Positions 10,641 to 20,415 of a stretch of 64,000 bases of DNA are shown one piece after another (within the stretch, counting starts at the first letter, position 1; every line of letters begins with the position of its first letter). Where the stretch lies: positions 20,755 to 84,754 of the forward strand of contig CAVSQW010000003.1 in NCBI GenBank assembly GCA_963730185.1, given 5' to 3'. A program made the position numbers and the translations under genes. This DNA is from an uncultured Gemmatimonadales bacterium. Lineage in GTDB: Bacteria; Gemmatimonadota; Gemmatimonadetes; Gemmatimonadales; GWC2-71-9. The notes beneath the pieces are model-generated. The model saw only the letters and a list, made by a program, of their open reading frames with translations. It was not told where the DNA came from and searched no databases.

Positions 10641-11951
10641 ATGAAGCGTCCCATGCTCAGGCGATTGGCGCTGTTTCTGATCCTTCCCCTGGCGGCGGCG
10701 GGACCAGACCCCTCGGCCAAGGTGGTGCTGGCGCTCGCCATCATTTACGCGGCGGCGCTGATCTTCGGCGAGCTGGCCGTGCGGCTCGGGCAGCCGGCGG
10801 TGTTGGGCGAGCTCGTGGCCGGCGTCGTCCTGGGCAACCTGCATCTGATCGGGATCGACTCGCTCAGCTTCATGGCGGACGAGCCCGGGATCGACCTCCT
10901 CGCCCGGCTCGGGGTGCTGCTTCTCCTCTTCGAGGTCGGGCTCGAATCGACGGTCCACCAGATGCTGACCGTGGGCCTCAAGGCGGTGGCCGTGGCGGTG
11001 ATCGGGGTGATCGCGCCGTTCGTGGTGGGCTGGGGGGTGGGCGCCTGGCTCCTGCCGACCGAGTCGTCGTACGTGCACGCCTTCCTCGGGGCGACGCTCT
11101 GCGCCACCAGCGTCGGGATCACCGCCCGGGTGCTCAAGGATCTGGGACGCTCTCAGACCCGAGAAGCCAGGATCATCCTGGGCGCGGCGGTCGTGGACGA
11201 CGTGCTGGGCATCGTGATCCTGGCGGTGGTGACGGCGGTGATCGCGGCGGCCGACACCGGGGCGAGCGTGAGCTACGGCGCGATGGGGCTGATCATGGCC
11301 AAGTCGGTCGGTTTCCTGGTGGGCGCGATCCTGGTGGGCGTGTGGCTCGCGCCCCGGATCATCCAATGGTCGGCGGGGCTCAAGGCGCATGCGGCCGGGT
11401 TGGCGGTGAGTCTGGCGTTCTGCTTCCTGACCGCGTATCTGGCCTATGCCATCGGCCTGGCCGCGATCATCGGGGCGTTTGCGGCCGGGCTGGTGCTCGA
11501 GTCGTCGCACTACCGGCCGTTCACGGCCCGGGGTGGGCAGCCGATCGAGGAGCTGCTCCACCCGCTGATCCAGATGCTGGTGCCGGTGTTCTTCGTGTTG
11601 ATGGGCATGCGGACCGATCTCCAGGCCTTCGCCGACGGCGGAGTGCTGCTCCTGGCCCTGGTGCTGAGCGTGGCGGCCATCGGGAGCAAGATGATCTGCG
11701 GCGTGGCGGCTGGCCGAGACACGAACCGGCTGGCGGTGGGGCTCGGGATGGTGCCGCGGGGCGAGGTGGGGCTGATCTTCGCCAACATCGGCCTCGGCCT
11801 GGTGCTCGCGGGACGGCCGCTGATCAGCGAGACCACCTACTCCGCGGTGGTGGTGATGGTCATTCTGACCACGATGGCCACGCCCCCGGCCCTCAAGTGG
11901 AGCTTCGGCCGGCGAGAGACGACGTTCCCGGCGGGAGGCCAGTCGGGATGA
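10641..11951 (+). CDS. Cation:proton antiporter (CPA2, NapA-like)
   Basis: GQPAVLGELVAG, LFEVGLE, ATSVGITARVL, ILGAAVVDD, GMVPRGEVGL; many TM helices; exact start uncertain. Confidence 0.92.
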   Translation: MKRPMLRRLALFLILPLAAAGPDPSAKVVLALAIIYAAALIFGELAVRLGQPAVLGELVAGVVLGNLHLIGIDSLSFMADEPGIDLLARLGVLLLLFEVGLESTVHQMLTVGLKAVAVAVIGVIAPFVVGWGVGAWLLPTESSYVHAFLGATLCATSVGITARVLKDLGRSQTREARIILGAAVVDDVLGIVILAVVTAVIAAADTGASVSYGAMGLIMAKSVGFLVGAILVGVWLAPRIIQWSAGLKAHAAGLAVSLAFCFLTAYLAYAIGLAAIIGAFAAGLVLESSHYRPFTARGGQPIEELLHPLIQMLVPVFFVLMGMRTDLQAFADGGVLLLALVLSVAAIGSKMICGVAAGRDTNRLAVGLGMVPRGEVGLIFANIGLGLVLAGRPLISETTYSAVVVMVILTTMATPPALKWSFGRRETTFPAGGQSG

Positions 11952-11983
11952 ATCCCTGGGCCGGCCGGCTCGTAGGATAGCCG

Positions 11984-12718
11984 ATGAACACCTCGTCCTA
12001 TTGGGCCCGCACCCGGGCGCCGCGCTACAGCCTGACCTTCGCGCTGCCGCTGCTGCTCCTCTACGAGGCGCTGGCCTTTCTCCTGAGTGGCGACGCCATG
12101 GCCGGAGTCCGGAATGGCGCCGACGTGCTGCTCAAGAGCGTCTTCACGACCTTCGGCGGCCGGCACGGGCTCACCGTATTCGGCGTGCTGCTGCTCGGAT
12201 TGGGAGCCTGGCTGGTGATCCGCGACCGTCGGCGAAGCGGGCCGATCGAGGCGCGGCTCTTCCTCGGCATGCTGGGCGAGTCGATCGGCTATGCCCTCGT
12301 TCTCGGCGGCGTGGCGAGCACTCTCACCTCGCTGGTCCTTGGCCGGCTCGGCTTCGCGCTCTCGGCCGGCGGGCTTCAACAGTTCGGGTTCCCAACCCAG
12401 ATCATGATCTCGCTGGGCGCGGGGATCTACGAGGAGCTGTTGTTCCGGGTGATCCTGGTGTCGGGACTGGCCTGGCTCGGCCGGTCGGTCTTCGGCTGGA
12501 AGGCTCTGCCCTCGGGCATCATGGCGACGGTGGTGGGCGCGCTGGTCTTCTCGGCGTTTCACTACGTTGGCCCGTTCGGCGACCCCTTCGCCCTCGACTC
12601 GTTCGTCTTCCGGGCGATCGCAGGCGTGCTGTTCAGCGCGCTCTATCTCTTGCGCGGGTTCGGCATCGCCGCCTGGAGCCATGCGCTGTACGATGTGTTC
12701 CTGGCAGTGGTGGGGTAG
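11984..12718 (+). CDS. CPBP (CAAX/Abi) family intramembrane metalloprotease
   Basis: GIYEELLFR, FSAFHY, AWSHALYD motifs; TM segments. Confidence 0.88.
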   Translation: MNTSSYWARTRAPRYSLTFALPLLLLYEALAFLLSGDAMAGVRNGADVLLKSVFTTFGGRHGLTVFGVLLLGLGAWLVIRDRRRSGPIEARLFLGMLGESIGYALVLGGVASTLTSLVLGRLGFALSAGGLQQFGFPTQIMISLGAGIYEELLFRVILVSGLAWLGRSVFGWKALPSGIMATVVGALVFSAFHYVGPFGDPFALDSFVFRAIAGVLFSALYLLRGFGIAAWSHALYDVFLAVVG

Positions 12719-12730
12719 GCGGGCCACCCA

Positions 12731-12760
12731 CTCCATCCCTCCCCATCCCTCCCCATCCCT
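12731..12760 (+). repeat. Decamer tandem repeat (CCCCATCCCT, about 3 units) right after the dnaE2 stop
   Basis: ctccatccct-ccccatccct-ccccatccct; same unit as the element at 13446-13570. Confidence 0.75.
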
Positions 12761-15700
12761 CACCTGAAATCCCTCGATCGGAACGAGAGCGCCGCTCGCG
12801 GCCGAATCGGCTTGAGCCGTTCCGCCAGGATCTGGATCACCGGCCCGTCGCGCTGGATCTTGCCCAGGACCAGCAGGAACGGGGCATGCCGGACGACCTC
12901 CCGGTAGGTCTGCTCCACCTCCCGCCGCACGATCACGTTCAGGAACCCGAACTCGTCCTCCATCAGGATGAACAGCACTCCGGCTGCGCTCTCCGGCCGT
13001 TGCCGGGTCACGACCAGTCCGCCCGCCAGCACCCGCTCGCCGTGGCGGGTGCCGGCCAGGTCGCGGCTGTCGAGCGACCCGAACCGGGTCAGCCGGGGCC
13101 GGAGATGCTCCATCGGGTGCCCGATCAGGCTCGACCCGGTGCTGAAGTAGTCGAGGAAGATCGACTCGGTCCGGCCCAGAGGGCGGGGGGAGTGTCGGGA
13201 GGGACGTGATGGGGCGAGGGGGAGGGTGTCGGCCACGTGGCGGAGGGCCTCCCAGGCGGCTTTCCGGCGGTCCGGCTCCCAGGCGCCGAACGCGCCGGCC
13301 CGCGCCAGCCCCAGCGCGTCGGGCTTGCCGAGCCGAGCCCGGAGGACCACGTCGGCGATGCTCTCGAAGAGGCTCTCTTTCCGGGCCCGGTCCAGGGTAG
13401 CGATGGCCTGGTCGCCGACGCCCCGGATGAAGCGCCAGCCCAGGCGGAGGGGTGGGGAGGGATGGGGGGAGATGGGGGGAGATGGGAGGGTGGGGGCATT
13501 TCCCCGGACCCCCTCCCTCCCCATCCCTCCCCCTCCCTCCCCATCCCCCCCCATCCCTCCCCCTCCCTCCACCCGGCATTCCGCCTCTCCCTCCAGCAGA
13601 CACGGCCCCGCCACCACCACGCCCGCGCGACGGGCATCGTGAATCAGGGTGGCGATCGGGTAGAACCCCATCGGCTGGGCGTTGAGCAGCCCCAGCAGGA
13701 ACTCGGTCGGATAGTGGCACTTGAGGTACGCCGTCGCATAGGCGATCAGCGCGAAGCTCCAGGCGTGCGACTCCGGGAAGCCGTAGTTGGCGAAGCTCAT
13801 CAGGTCTTCCTCGATCCGTTCGGCCACCGGTTCGTCGATCCCGTTCGCGATCAGCCGTTCCCGGAGCTGAGCCAGGGCCTCGAGCAGCTTGGTCCGCTTC
13901 CGCTGGTGTCCCATGGTCCGGCGGAGGAGATCGGCCTCGGCCGCGGAATAGCCGGCCAGCGCCATCGCGATGGCCATGGCCTGCTCCTGGAAGATCGGAA
14001 TGCCCTGGGTCCGCTGGAGGATCGGCTCCAGCGCCGGGTGCAGGTAGCTGACCGGCTCCTCGCCCCGGCGGCGCTTGGTGTAGGGATGGACGAACTTGGC
14101 CTGGATCGGTCCCGGCCGGATCAGGGCCACCTGCACCACCAGGTCGTAGAGGCGCTCCGGCTTGGTATGGAGGATCGAGGCGATCTGAGCTCGGCTCTCG
14201 ATCTGGAAGGTCCCGATGGTCTCGCCCCGGGAGATCATGGCGTAGGTGGCCGGGTCGTCGTCGGGCAGCTGGTACATCGAGAGCGTGGTGCCGGTCCGGG
14301 CCTCGATCGCGTCGAAGGCGCGGCGGATCAGCGCCAACCCGCCGAGGCCGAGAAAGTCGAACTTCGGAATCCCGACCGAATCGAGGTCGTCCTTGTCGAA
14401 CTGGACGATGGTCCGTCCCATCGAGGTGGACTCGATCGGGAGGTAGTCGCCTAGGGGGCGGAGGACAGCACGAACCCGCCGGGATGGGTGGAGCGGAGCC
14501 GGGGCAGGTCGTCGAAGGCGCGAATGGCCTGGAGCACGGTCCGGGCCCGCTCGTCGGTCAGATCGAAGCCTTGGGCCTGGGCCAGCCCGCCCTCCAACTG
14601 CTCGGCGCCATCCAGGCACCCGTAGCGGTGGAGCCGCTTCGAGAGCTTGAACGCCAGCTCGGCCGGATAGCCGAACGCCCGCATGGTGTCCTGGACCGCG
14701 GTGCAGGCGCTGTAGATCTGGGTGACCCCGGTGATCGCGGAATGTTCTCGCTGGTAGCGTCGGTAGACGTAATTCAGGACCTCCTCGCGCCGGTCGTGCT
14801 CGAAGTCCACGTCGATGTCCGGCGCCTCGGTCAGCCCGTCGACCCGGGCCTCCGAAAGGAAGCGCTCGAAGAGGAGCCCGTGTTTGACCGGGTCGACCGC
14901 GGTAATGCCGAGACAGTAGGCCACGGCCGAGTTGGCGGCGCTGCCCCGGCCCTGGGCCAGGATGCTCCGTTCCCGCGCGAACCGGACGGCGTCCCACATC
15001 ACCAGGAAGAAGCCCGAGAACCCCAATCGGGCGATGACCTTGAGCTCGTGCTCGAGTTGAGCCGTCTCCCGCGGGCCCGGGGTCCCCCAGCGCTCTCGGG
15101 CGCCGGCGAACGTCAGCTCTCGGATCCAGGAGTCGTCGTCGTGGCCCTCCGGACATTTGAACGTGGGCAAGGGGGGACGCACCCAGCGGAGCTCGAAGCC
15201 ACATTCCGCCGCGATCCGATCGCTCTCGCCAAGCCCAGCTTCGGCGCCCCGCCAGCGGCGGGCCAGCTGTTCGGGTGGGAGCAGGCGCCAGTCGCCGTTG
15301 GGGTGGAGCAGTCCCTTTCGGGTGGCGGACGCGATGTCGGTACCGTGACGAAGCGCGGTGAGCACCTCGTGCACCAGCCGCGAATCGTCATCGAGGTAGC
15401 GGGGATCCTGGGCCACCACCCAGGGCACGCCGTGCCGCCGGGCCAGCTCGATCAGCGCGCCGGCGAGCGCCTCCTCGTCGCGGCCCGTGTGGTGGAGCTG
15501 TACCTCCACGGCCAGCCGGTCGGAGAACGTCTCGCGGTAGCGGGCCAGGAGCTGAGCGGCGTCGGCTCGACGGCCCTGCCGGACCAGGGTGGCCAGCGCG
15601 CCCGACGCGGGGCCGGTGAGGAGGTGGACACCCTCACTGCGTTCCAGCAGATCGTCCCAGGTGAGCCCGGGCCGGCCCCGGGTGGCGGTCCGGCGGGTCC

Positions 15701-16001
15701 AGCGCCGGAGCCGGCCGACTCGTGAGCGGGTGACGAGGCCGGCCACGTGACGGAAGCCCGCGTCCGACCGGGCCAGGAGCGCCAGCGGCCGGCCGTCGAC
15801 CACCAGCTCCGCGCCGGCGATCGGCCGGATGCCCTGCTCCCGGCAGGCGAGCCCAAAGCGAACCACCCCGCCGAGATCGGCGTGATCGGTGAGGCCGATC
15901 GCCGAGTAGCCGAGCCCGGCGGCCCGGCGGGCCAGGGCCTCGGGGGCGACGGCGCCGTCGCCGAACGAATAGGCGGAATGGCCACGAAGCTCGGTGGGCA
16001 T
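12760..16001 (-). CDS. dnaE2: Error-prone DNA polymerase DnaE2/ImuC (single frameshift at about 14455 in this sequence)
   Basis: PHP start ELRGHSAYSFGDG, GRGSAANSAVAY, PDIDVDFEH, STHPGGFVL; continues in a second frame with LGDYLPIE, FQIESRAQ, YGFPESHA and C-terminal RSRDFR; one C missing in the GCCCCCTAGG run. Confidence 0.92.
13446..13570. repeat. Palindrome of decamer tandem repeats inserted in-frame in dnaE2
   Basis: Left arm GATGGGGGGA/GGGGAGG-type units, right arm CCATCCCTCC-type units around a short spacer; translates as GGGGMGGDGEG...PTLPSPPISPHPSPP. Confidence 0.8.
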
Positions 16002-16007
16002 CGGCGG

Positions 16008-17420
16008 TCAGTCCCACCAGCCCGCCAAATACCAGTGATTGTCGATCAAGTCGCGATAGAGCAGCACCGGTACGCCGTCGGTGCGGATGCCCTGGAAGTA
16101 CTCGCGATCGTAGCGAGACTCGCCGTAGCCGCCCGACACCCGGTCCGGCCCGAGCGCGTCGCGGATCGAAAAGACGACCCCGCCGTCGCGATACCGGGTG
16201 GGCACCTCGCCGTCCTGTCGTGGCGACGACCGTACCTGAACCGCTCGGGGCGCTTCGAGCAGGGCGAGCGCGAGCCGGGGGGGGCGCTCGCGCAGCGCCC
16301 CGGCCCGACGGCCGGTGTGGGGCGCTGGGCCGGTCTGGACCGCCCGCCACCTGACCCGGCGCTCCGGCAGCGGATGCTCGGTCCGCTCGGCCTCGACCAG
16401 GGCGTCGTCCTGTTTGTCGAGCAGGTGCGCCAGCGCGGCTTCGGTGGCGCGCGCGGTGGCGAACCCCTGGTCGAAGAGATCGCCCTGGCGATCGGCCAGT
16501 GGGGTCAGCGCCTCGACCCGGAGGGCGATTTTCGTGACCGGCGCCGAGAAGGTGACCTGCTCGAGCGTGGCCCGCACGATCCGGAGCCAGGTCCGCCGGT
16601 CGGCGGTGGGCGTCGACGCGTGGAGCGGATGGATCACCGCGGAGCGATCGGACAGCGCGAACTCGAGCGCCAGGGCATGCGCTCCCTCACCCCGGGCGGC
16701 CAGCGCGTCGCACACGGTGCCGAGGAGCGAGTGGACGATGAAGACCACCTGCTCTTGTCGCTCCAGCTCGTAGTCCACCCACTCGAGCTCGGCTTCCGGG
16801 AGCGAGCGGGCCCGGGGGGAGAAGAGGAGCCGGTCGTCGTCGGCCCGGGCCAGCCGCCAGAGTCTCACCCCCTCGATCCCGAAGCGGACCTCGACCGACT
16901 CGCGATCGAGCCGGGCCAGGTCGCCGCAGCACTCGAGGCCGGTGCCCGCGAGCAGGGGGTAGAGGTTGGGCGGCGGAAGCGGGTGCAGCATCCCGAGGTC
17001 GAGCGGGGCGAGGAAGGCGCGGTCGGTGTCGGGGGGAACGACGAGAAGGTGGCCAGGTGAGACGCGGGCGGCGGCCTCGGCCGCGACCGGCGTCGTGGCG
17101 ACGCCCGCGCTGATCCAGCCCTCGCCTCGGGTTTCGCTTGTCCGTTCGTCCGTCGGTCCGTCTGCCCGTCCAGCTTCCCGTTCACCCGTCTGCCCATCCA
17201 CCCGTCCAGCTTCCGGTCCGCCCGTCCACCCGTCCGCCCGTCCAATCTCCCCCAGCATTCTCTCCGCCACCTGCCGCCCATCCAACCCGCGTGCGTCCGC
17301 CCACACCACGTCTCGCTCCAGGCGGATCCGGGGTGCGTGGGAAAGGAGCCGGGCGGCGAGCTCAGTCGAGCGTCCCGCGGCGATCGGCCAGTCCGGGCTC
17401 CAGAGACAGACGCAGGTCAT
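16008..17420 (-). CDS. imuB: ImuB-like inactive Y-family polymerase
   Basis: Start CVCLWSPDW, GLECCGDLA..VEVRFG, QGDLF clamp-binding-like motif, C-terminal REYF...WYLAGWWD; lies between imuA and dnaE2. Confidence 0.85.
   Translation of the reverse strand: MTCVCLWSPDWPIAAGRSTELAARLLSHAPRIRLERDVVWADARGLDGRQVAERMLGEIGRADGWTGGPEAGRVDGQTGEREAGRADGPTDERTSETRGEGWISAGVATTPVAAEAAARVSPGHLLVVPPDTDRAFLAPLDLGMLHPLPPPNLYPLLAGTGLECCGDLARLDRESVEVRFGIEGVRLWRLARADDDRLLFSPRARSLPEAELEWVDYELERQEQVVFIVHSLLGTVCDALAARGEGAHALALEFALSDRSAVIHPLHASTPTADRRTWLRIVRATLEQVTFSAPVTKIALRVEALTPLADRQGDLFDQGFATARATEAALAHLLDKQDDALVEAERTEHPLPERRVRWRAVQTGPAPHTGRRAGALRERPPRLALALLEAPRAVQVRSSPRQDGEVPTRYRDGGVVFSIRDALGPDRVSGGYGESRYDREYFQGIRTDGVPVLLYRDLIDNHWYLAGWWD
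17139..17243. repeat. Degenerate 4/8-mer tandem repeat (CCGTCCRC / GGACGGGC) in-frame in imuB
   Basis: Repeated CCGT units; cccgtccagcttcc occurs twice; encodes GRADGWTGGPEAGRVDGQTGEREAGRADG. Confidence 0.7.
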
Positions 17421-18126
17421 GGGACACGAGTGGGAGGTGTAAGGTGGTGGCCGCTTTCCAACCGGGCGCGCGGGCCTCGATCGCGACGGCGACCGAGGCG
17501 AGCTGGGCGGCGTGCCCGAACGGTCCCGGGACGGTCCGATGCTCGAGCGGCAGAAAGCGGGAGGTGATCCGGAGGCTCGCGGTCAGGGAACGACGGGTGA
17601 CGGCGAGAAAGCCGCCGCCGCCCTCATGGGCCATTCTCGAAAGTCGGAGCATAGCCGTGGATTCGGGGTCGACCCCGGCCAGCACCACCAGCGCGAACCC
17701 TCCGGAGCGGAGCAGGATCTCGGTCGCGCGGAGGGCCAGCTCGAGGGAGTCCGGCCGGACCACCAGCGGCCCGTCGTCCCAGTGGTGGCCCAGGGTCCGG
17801 GCCCCGTCGATCCAGGCCACCCGCTCCCCGCGATCCAGGATCGAGGCTGCCGCCGCGCGGAGCAGCGCGCTGGCGGCCCCATGGAGGCTCTGCCACACGG
17901 TGAGGCGACCTCGGGGGAGCCCGCCGTTGGGCAGGATCCCATCCAGGATCCTGAGGCCCGTGGGGATCGGAGGGACGACCCGGTCGGGAAGAGGGACCGC
18001 ATCCGGAAACCGGTCCCGAAGGATTGCCCTCAGCGCCCCCGGCGCGGGCCCCCGGCCCCCCGCGGCCTCGGGGACCGTTTGGGGGGAGCGGAGGGCGTCA
18101 GGCTCGAGGAGGGGAAGGGCGGTCAC
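17362..18126 (-). CDS. imuA: ImuA-like RecA/SulA-fold protein
   Basis: IPTGLRILDGILPNGGLPRGRLT, VAWIDG, EILLRSGGFALVVL; degenerate Walker A; first gene of the cassette. Confidence 0.8.
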   Translation of the reverse strand: MTALPLLEPDALRSPQTVPEAAGGRGPAPGALRAILRDRFPDAVPLPDRVVPPIPTGLRILDGILPNGGLPRGRLTVWQSLHGAASALLRAAAASILDRGERVAWIDGARTLGHHWDDGPLVVRPDSLELALRATEILLRSGGFALVVLAGVDPESTAMLRLSRMAHEGGGGFLAVTRRSLTASLRITSRFLPLEHRTVPGPFGHAAQLASVAVAIEARAPGWKAATTLHLPLVSHDLRLSLEPGLADRRGTLD

Positions 18127-18149
18127 GGGACACCTTGAAACGGGGTCCC

Positions 18150-18178
18150 ATGATAGCCCGAAGAAAAACCGAAGTCAA
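18150..18178 (-). promoter_or_regulatory. sigma70 promoter of imuA-imuB-dnaE2 with direct-repeat operator (candidate LexA box)
   Basis: Minus strand TTGACT-N17-TATCAT; CTTCGG-TTTTT-CTTCGG at 18158-18174. Confidence 0.7.
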
Positions 18179-18185
18179 GAAATCG

Positions 18186-18806
18186 CTACTTCGACGCCTT
18201 GGTCCGGGCGGTGTAGATCGAGTCGAGCACCGCCCGGAACACCTCCACCGGCTTGACCCCCACCATGAGCCCGCCCTCGATGTAGAAGGTCGGGGTGCTC
18301 TGGGCGCCGCTCTTGTGGGCGTTTTCGGCGTCGCTCCGGATGGCGGGCAGGGTCTCGGCCTTCTCGAGGCAGGTCGACATCGGGGCTTTGGGAAGCCGGA
18401 GCGAGTCGATCAGGGTGAGGAGAAACGGCGCCGGGTTCTTGAGCGGGGCCCAGGTGGGCTGGTGCTCGTAGATCAGGTCGTGGGCCGGCCAGAACTTGTC
18501 GAACCGGGCGGCGCACATCGCGAACTCCGCCGCCGCCACCGCGTTGGGATGGATCGAGGTGAGCGGGAAGTTGATGAAGATCCACTTGACCTTGCCGGTC
18601 TTCACGAACTCCTGCTCCAGGGCGGGGAAGACCGCGAGCGCGTGTTGGCGGCAGTAGGGGCACTGGAAGTCGGACATCTCGTACACGGTCACCGGGGCCG
18701 AGGCCGATCCCATGGTCCGGGCGGAGAGCGGGATCGCCTGGGCCGCGGCCCCCGACACGCCGAGCGTGCCTAACGAAAGGAGCGTCACCAGCCAGCGACT
18801 GAACAT
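18186..18806 (-). CDS. DsbA-family thioredoxin-fold protein
   Basis: Signal peptide; G...APVTVYEMSDFQCPYC, FPL..IHPNA, cis-Pro STPTF. Confidence 0.9.
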   Translation of the reverse strand: MFSRWLVTLLSLGTLGVSGAAAQAIPLSARTMGSASAPVTVYEMSDFQCPYCRQHALAVFPALEQEFVKTGKVKWIFINFPLTSIHPNAVAAAEFAMCAARFDKFWPAHDLIYEHQPTWAPLKNPAPFLLTLIDSLRLPKAPMSTCLEKAETLPAIRSDAENAHKSGAQSTPTFYIEGGLMVGVKPVEVFRAVLDSIYTARTKASK

Positions 18807-19531
18807 CAGTACCTCGGCCGGTTTCGGCCGGTTCGGGGATTCAGGGAGACGGTATCGCTCGTGATCCGAACGTTCCAGTACCACTCGGCGTTGGGGTCGC
18901 CGGCGTCGATCGAACGGGCGGTCACCCACCAGGCGCCGTCGGTGAGCTGGATCGTGGCCCAGCCACCGGCGTCGGTGGTGTCGGCGACCGGGTTGCCCAT
19001 CCTCCGCCCGGGTAGACCGGCCACCAGGGTGTCGTATCCCTGGAACGCCGTATTCTCCCAGCGTCGGACCTGACTTCGGAGGCTGTCCATCACCGGCCAG
19101 AGCGTGGCGCGAGCCTGATCGAGCGCGGCCCGCGCGCGTCCCAGCGCCGGGGCGATCTCGGCCAGCGAATCGCGCACGATCGCGAGCGGCGAGCCCGCGG
19201 GTGCCTCTTGCGCCGATTGCCCGGTCGCCACCAGACTGTCTCGGGTGCGGCGCAAGCGCTCGTCGGCGGCCGACAACGCGAGGAAGGCGCTGAACGGCTG
19301 CCGGAAGCGGTGGAACAAGCTGTCGAGCTCGGCCGTATTCGGTCGGGGACTCGACGCCCGGGCCTCCAGGCTTTGGATCACGCTGTCCCGGTCGTACGGA
19401 AGGAACGTGAGGACCAGGTTGGGGATCGGCGTCTCCACCCCCTCCAGATTCGGGATGGTGACCCGGACCGCAACTTCCCGCCCGGAGCAGGCGGAGGCAA
19501 GGAGCAGGCAAGCGAGTGCTGCACGGCGCAT
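18806..19531 (-). CDS. Hypothetical lipoprotein
   Basis: Lipobox LASAC; TGATG coupling to the DsbA gene; -10-like TAACTT 6 nt before ATG. Confidence 0.65.
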   Translation of the reverse strand: MRRAALACLLLASACSGREVAVRVTIPNLEGVETPIPNLVLTFLPYDRDSVIQSLEARASSPRPNTAELDSLFHRFRQPFSAFLALSAADERLRRTRDSLVATGQSAQEAPAGSPLAIVRDSLAEIAPALGRARAALDQARATLWPVMDSLRSQVRRWENTAFQGYDTLVAGLPGRRMGNPVADTTDAGGWATIQLTDGAWWVTARSIDAGDPNAEWYWNVRITSDTVSLNPRTGRNRPRY

Positions 19532-20415
19532 CCCGGAAAGTTAGCGTTCTTGGCCTCGCCCTCCAATGCATGGCGGGGGGGCTGGTCGCCCAGTCCAGCG
19601 GGGGGATCGACCAGCTCTTCCCCGAGCGGCCCAGCGGTTATCTGACCGACGTGGCGGGAATCGTCCCCGCCGCCTCCGCCCAGACCATTGCCGGCCTGGC
19701 CGAGCGCCTCCGTCGGGCCACCGGCGCCGAGATCGCCGTCGTCACCCTGCCGACCATCGGCGACTACGCCCCGGTCGACGTGGCGGTGGCCATCGGCCGG
19801 AAGTGGGGCGTGGGGGCCGCGGCGGAGCAGGGCGACCCGCGCCGGAATGCTGGGGCGGTCGTCCTGCTGGTGCCGCGGACCGACGAGCAACGGGGCCGCC
19901 TGTTCATCGCCACCGGCCGCGGGCTCGAGGGGATCGTCACCGACGCCATCGCCGGACGGGTCCGCGACCTGATGCGGCCCGCCCTCGCCGCCGGCGACTA
20001 CGGCCAGGGGCTCGAGATCGGCGTCCGGGCCCTGGTCGGCGTCGTCGCGCGCGGGTTCGGGGTGACCGACTCCACCCTGGCCGGCCTGGACCGCTCGATC
20101 CGTCCCCAGGGCGGCACGGGGAGTGGCGGACTCGGTGCCCTGGTCATTCTCGCTCTGGTGCTCGTGATCGTGATCATCGCGATCGCGTCCCGGGGCGGAC
20201 CGCGCGGGCCGCCCGGCCCCCGGGGCCCCGGGCGACGCCATCCCAATCTGAGCGTCCTGCCGTGGTTGATCTGGGGCAGCGGGCTCGGCGGTCGCGGCGG
20301 GCGCGGTGGCTTCGGGGGCGGCGGGTTCCGAGGCGGTGGGTTCGGGGGTGGCGGCTTTGGCGGGTTCGGAGGCGGTGGCGGATTCAGCGGCGGCGGCGCG
20401 GGAGGCGATTTTTGA
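19516..20415 (+). CDS. TPM domain membrane protein with Gly-rich tail
   Basis: GYLTDVAGIV, TGAEIAVVTL, WGVG, GLEGIVTD; TM helix; FGGFGGGGGFSGGGAGGDF tail; start uncertain (19516 or 19570). Confidence 0.88.
   Translation: MLHGASRKVSVLGLALQCMAGGLVAQSSGGIDQLFPERPSGYLTDVAGIVPAASAQTIAGLAERLRRATGAEIAVVTLPTIGDYAPVDVAVAIGRKWGVGAAAEQGDPRRNAGAVVLLVPRTDEQRGRLFIATGRGLEGIVTDAIAGRVRDLMRPALAAGDYGQGLEIGVRALVGVVARGFGVTDSTLAGLDRSIRPQGGTGSGGLGALVILALVLVIVIIAIASRGGPRGPPGPRGPGRRHPNLSVLPWLIWGSGLGGRGGRGGFGGGGFRGGGFGGGGFGGFGGGGGFSGGGAGGDF

Noticed and set aside
20280..20412. GGCGGN repeat as a DNA element
   Set aside because: Encodes the standard Gly-rich tail of TPM proteins
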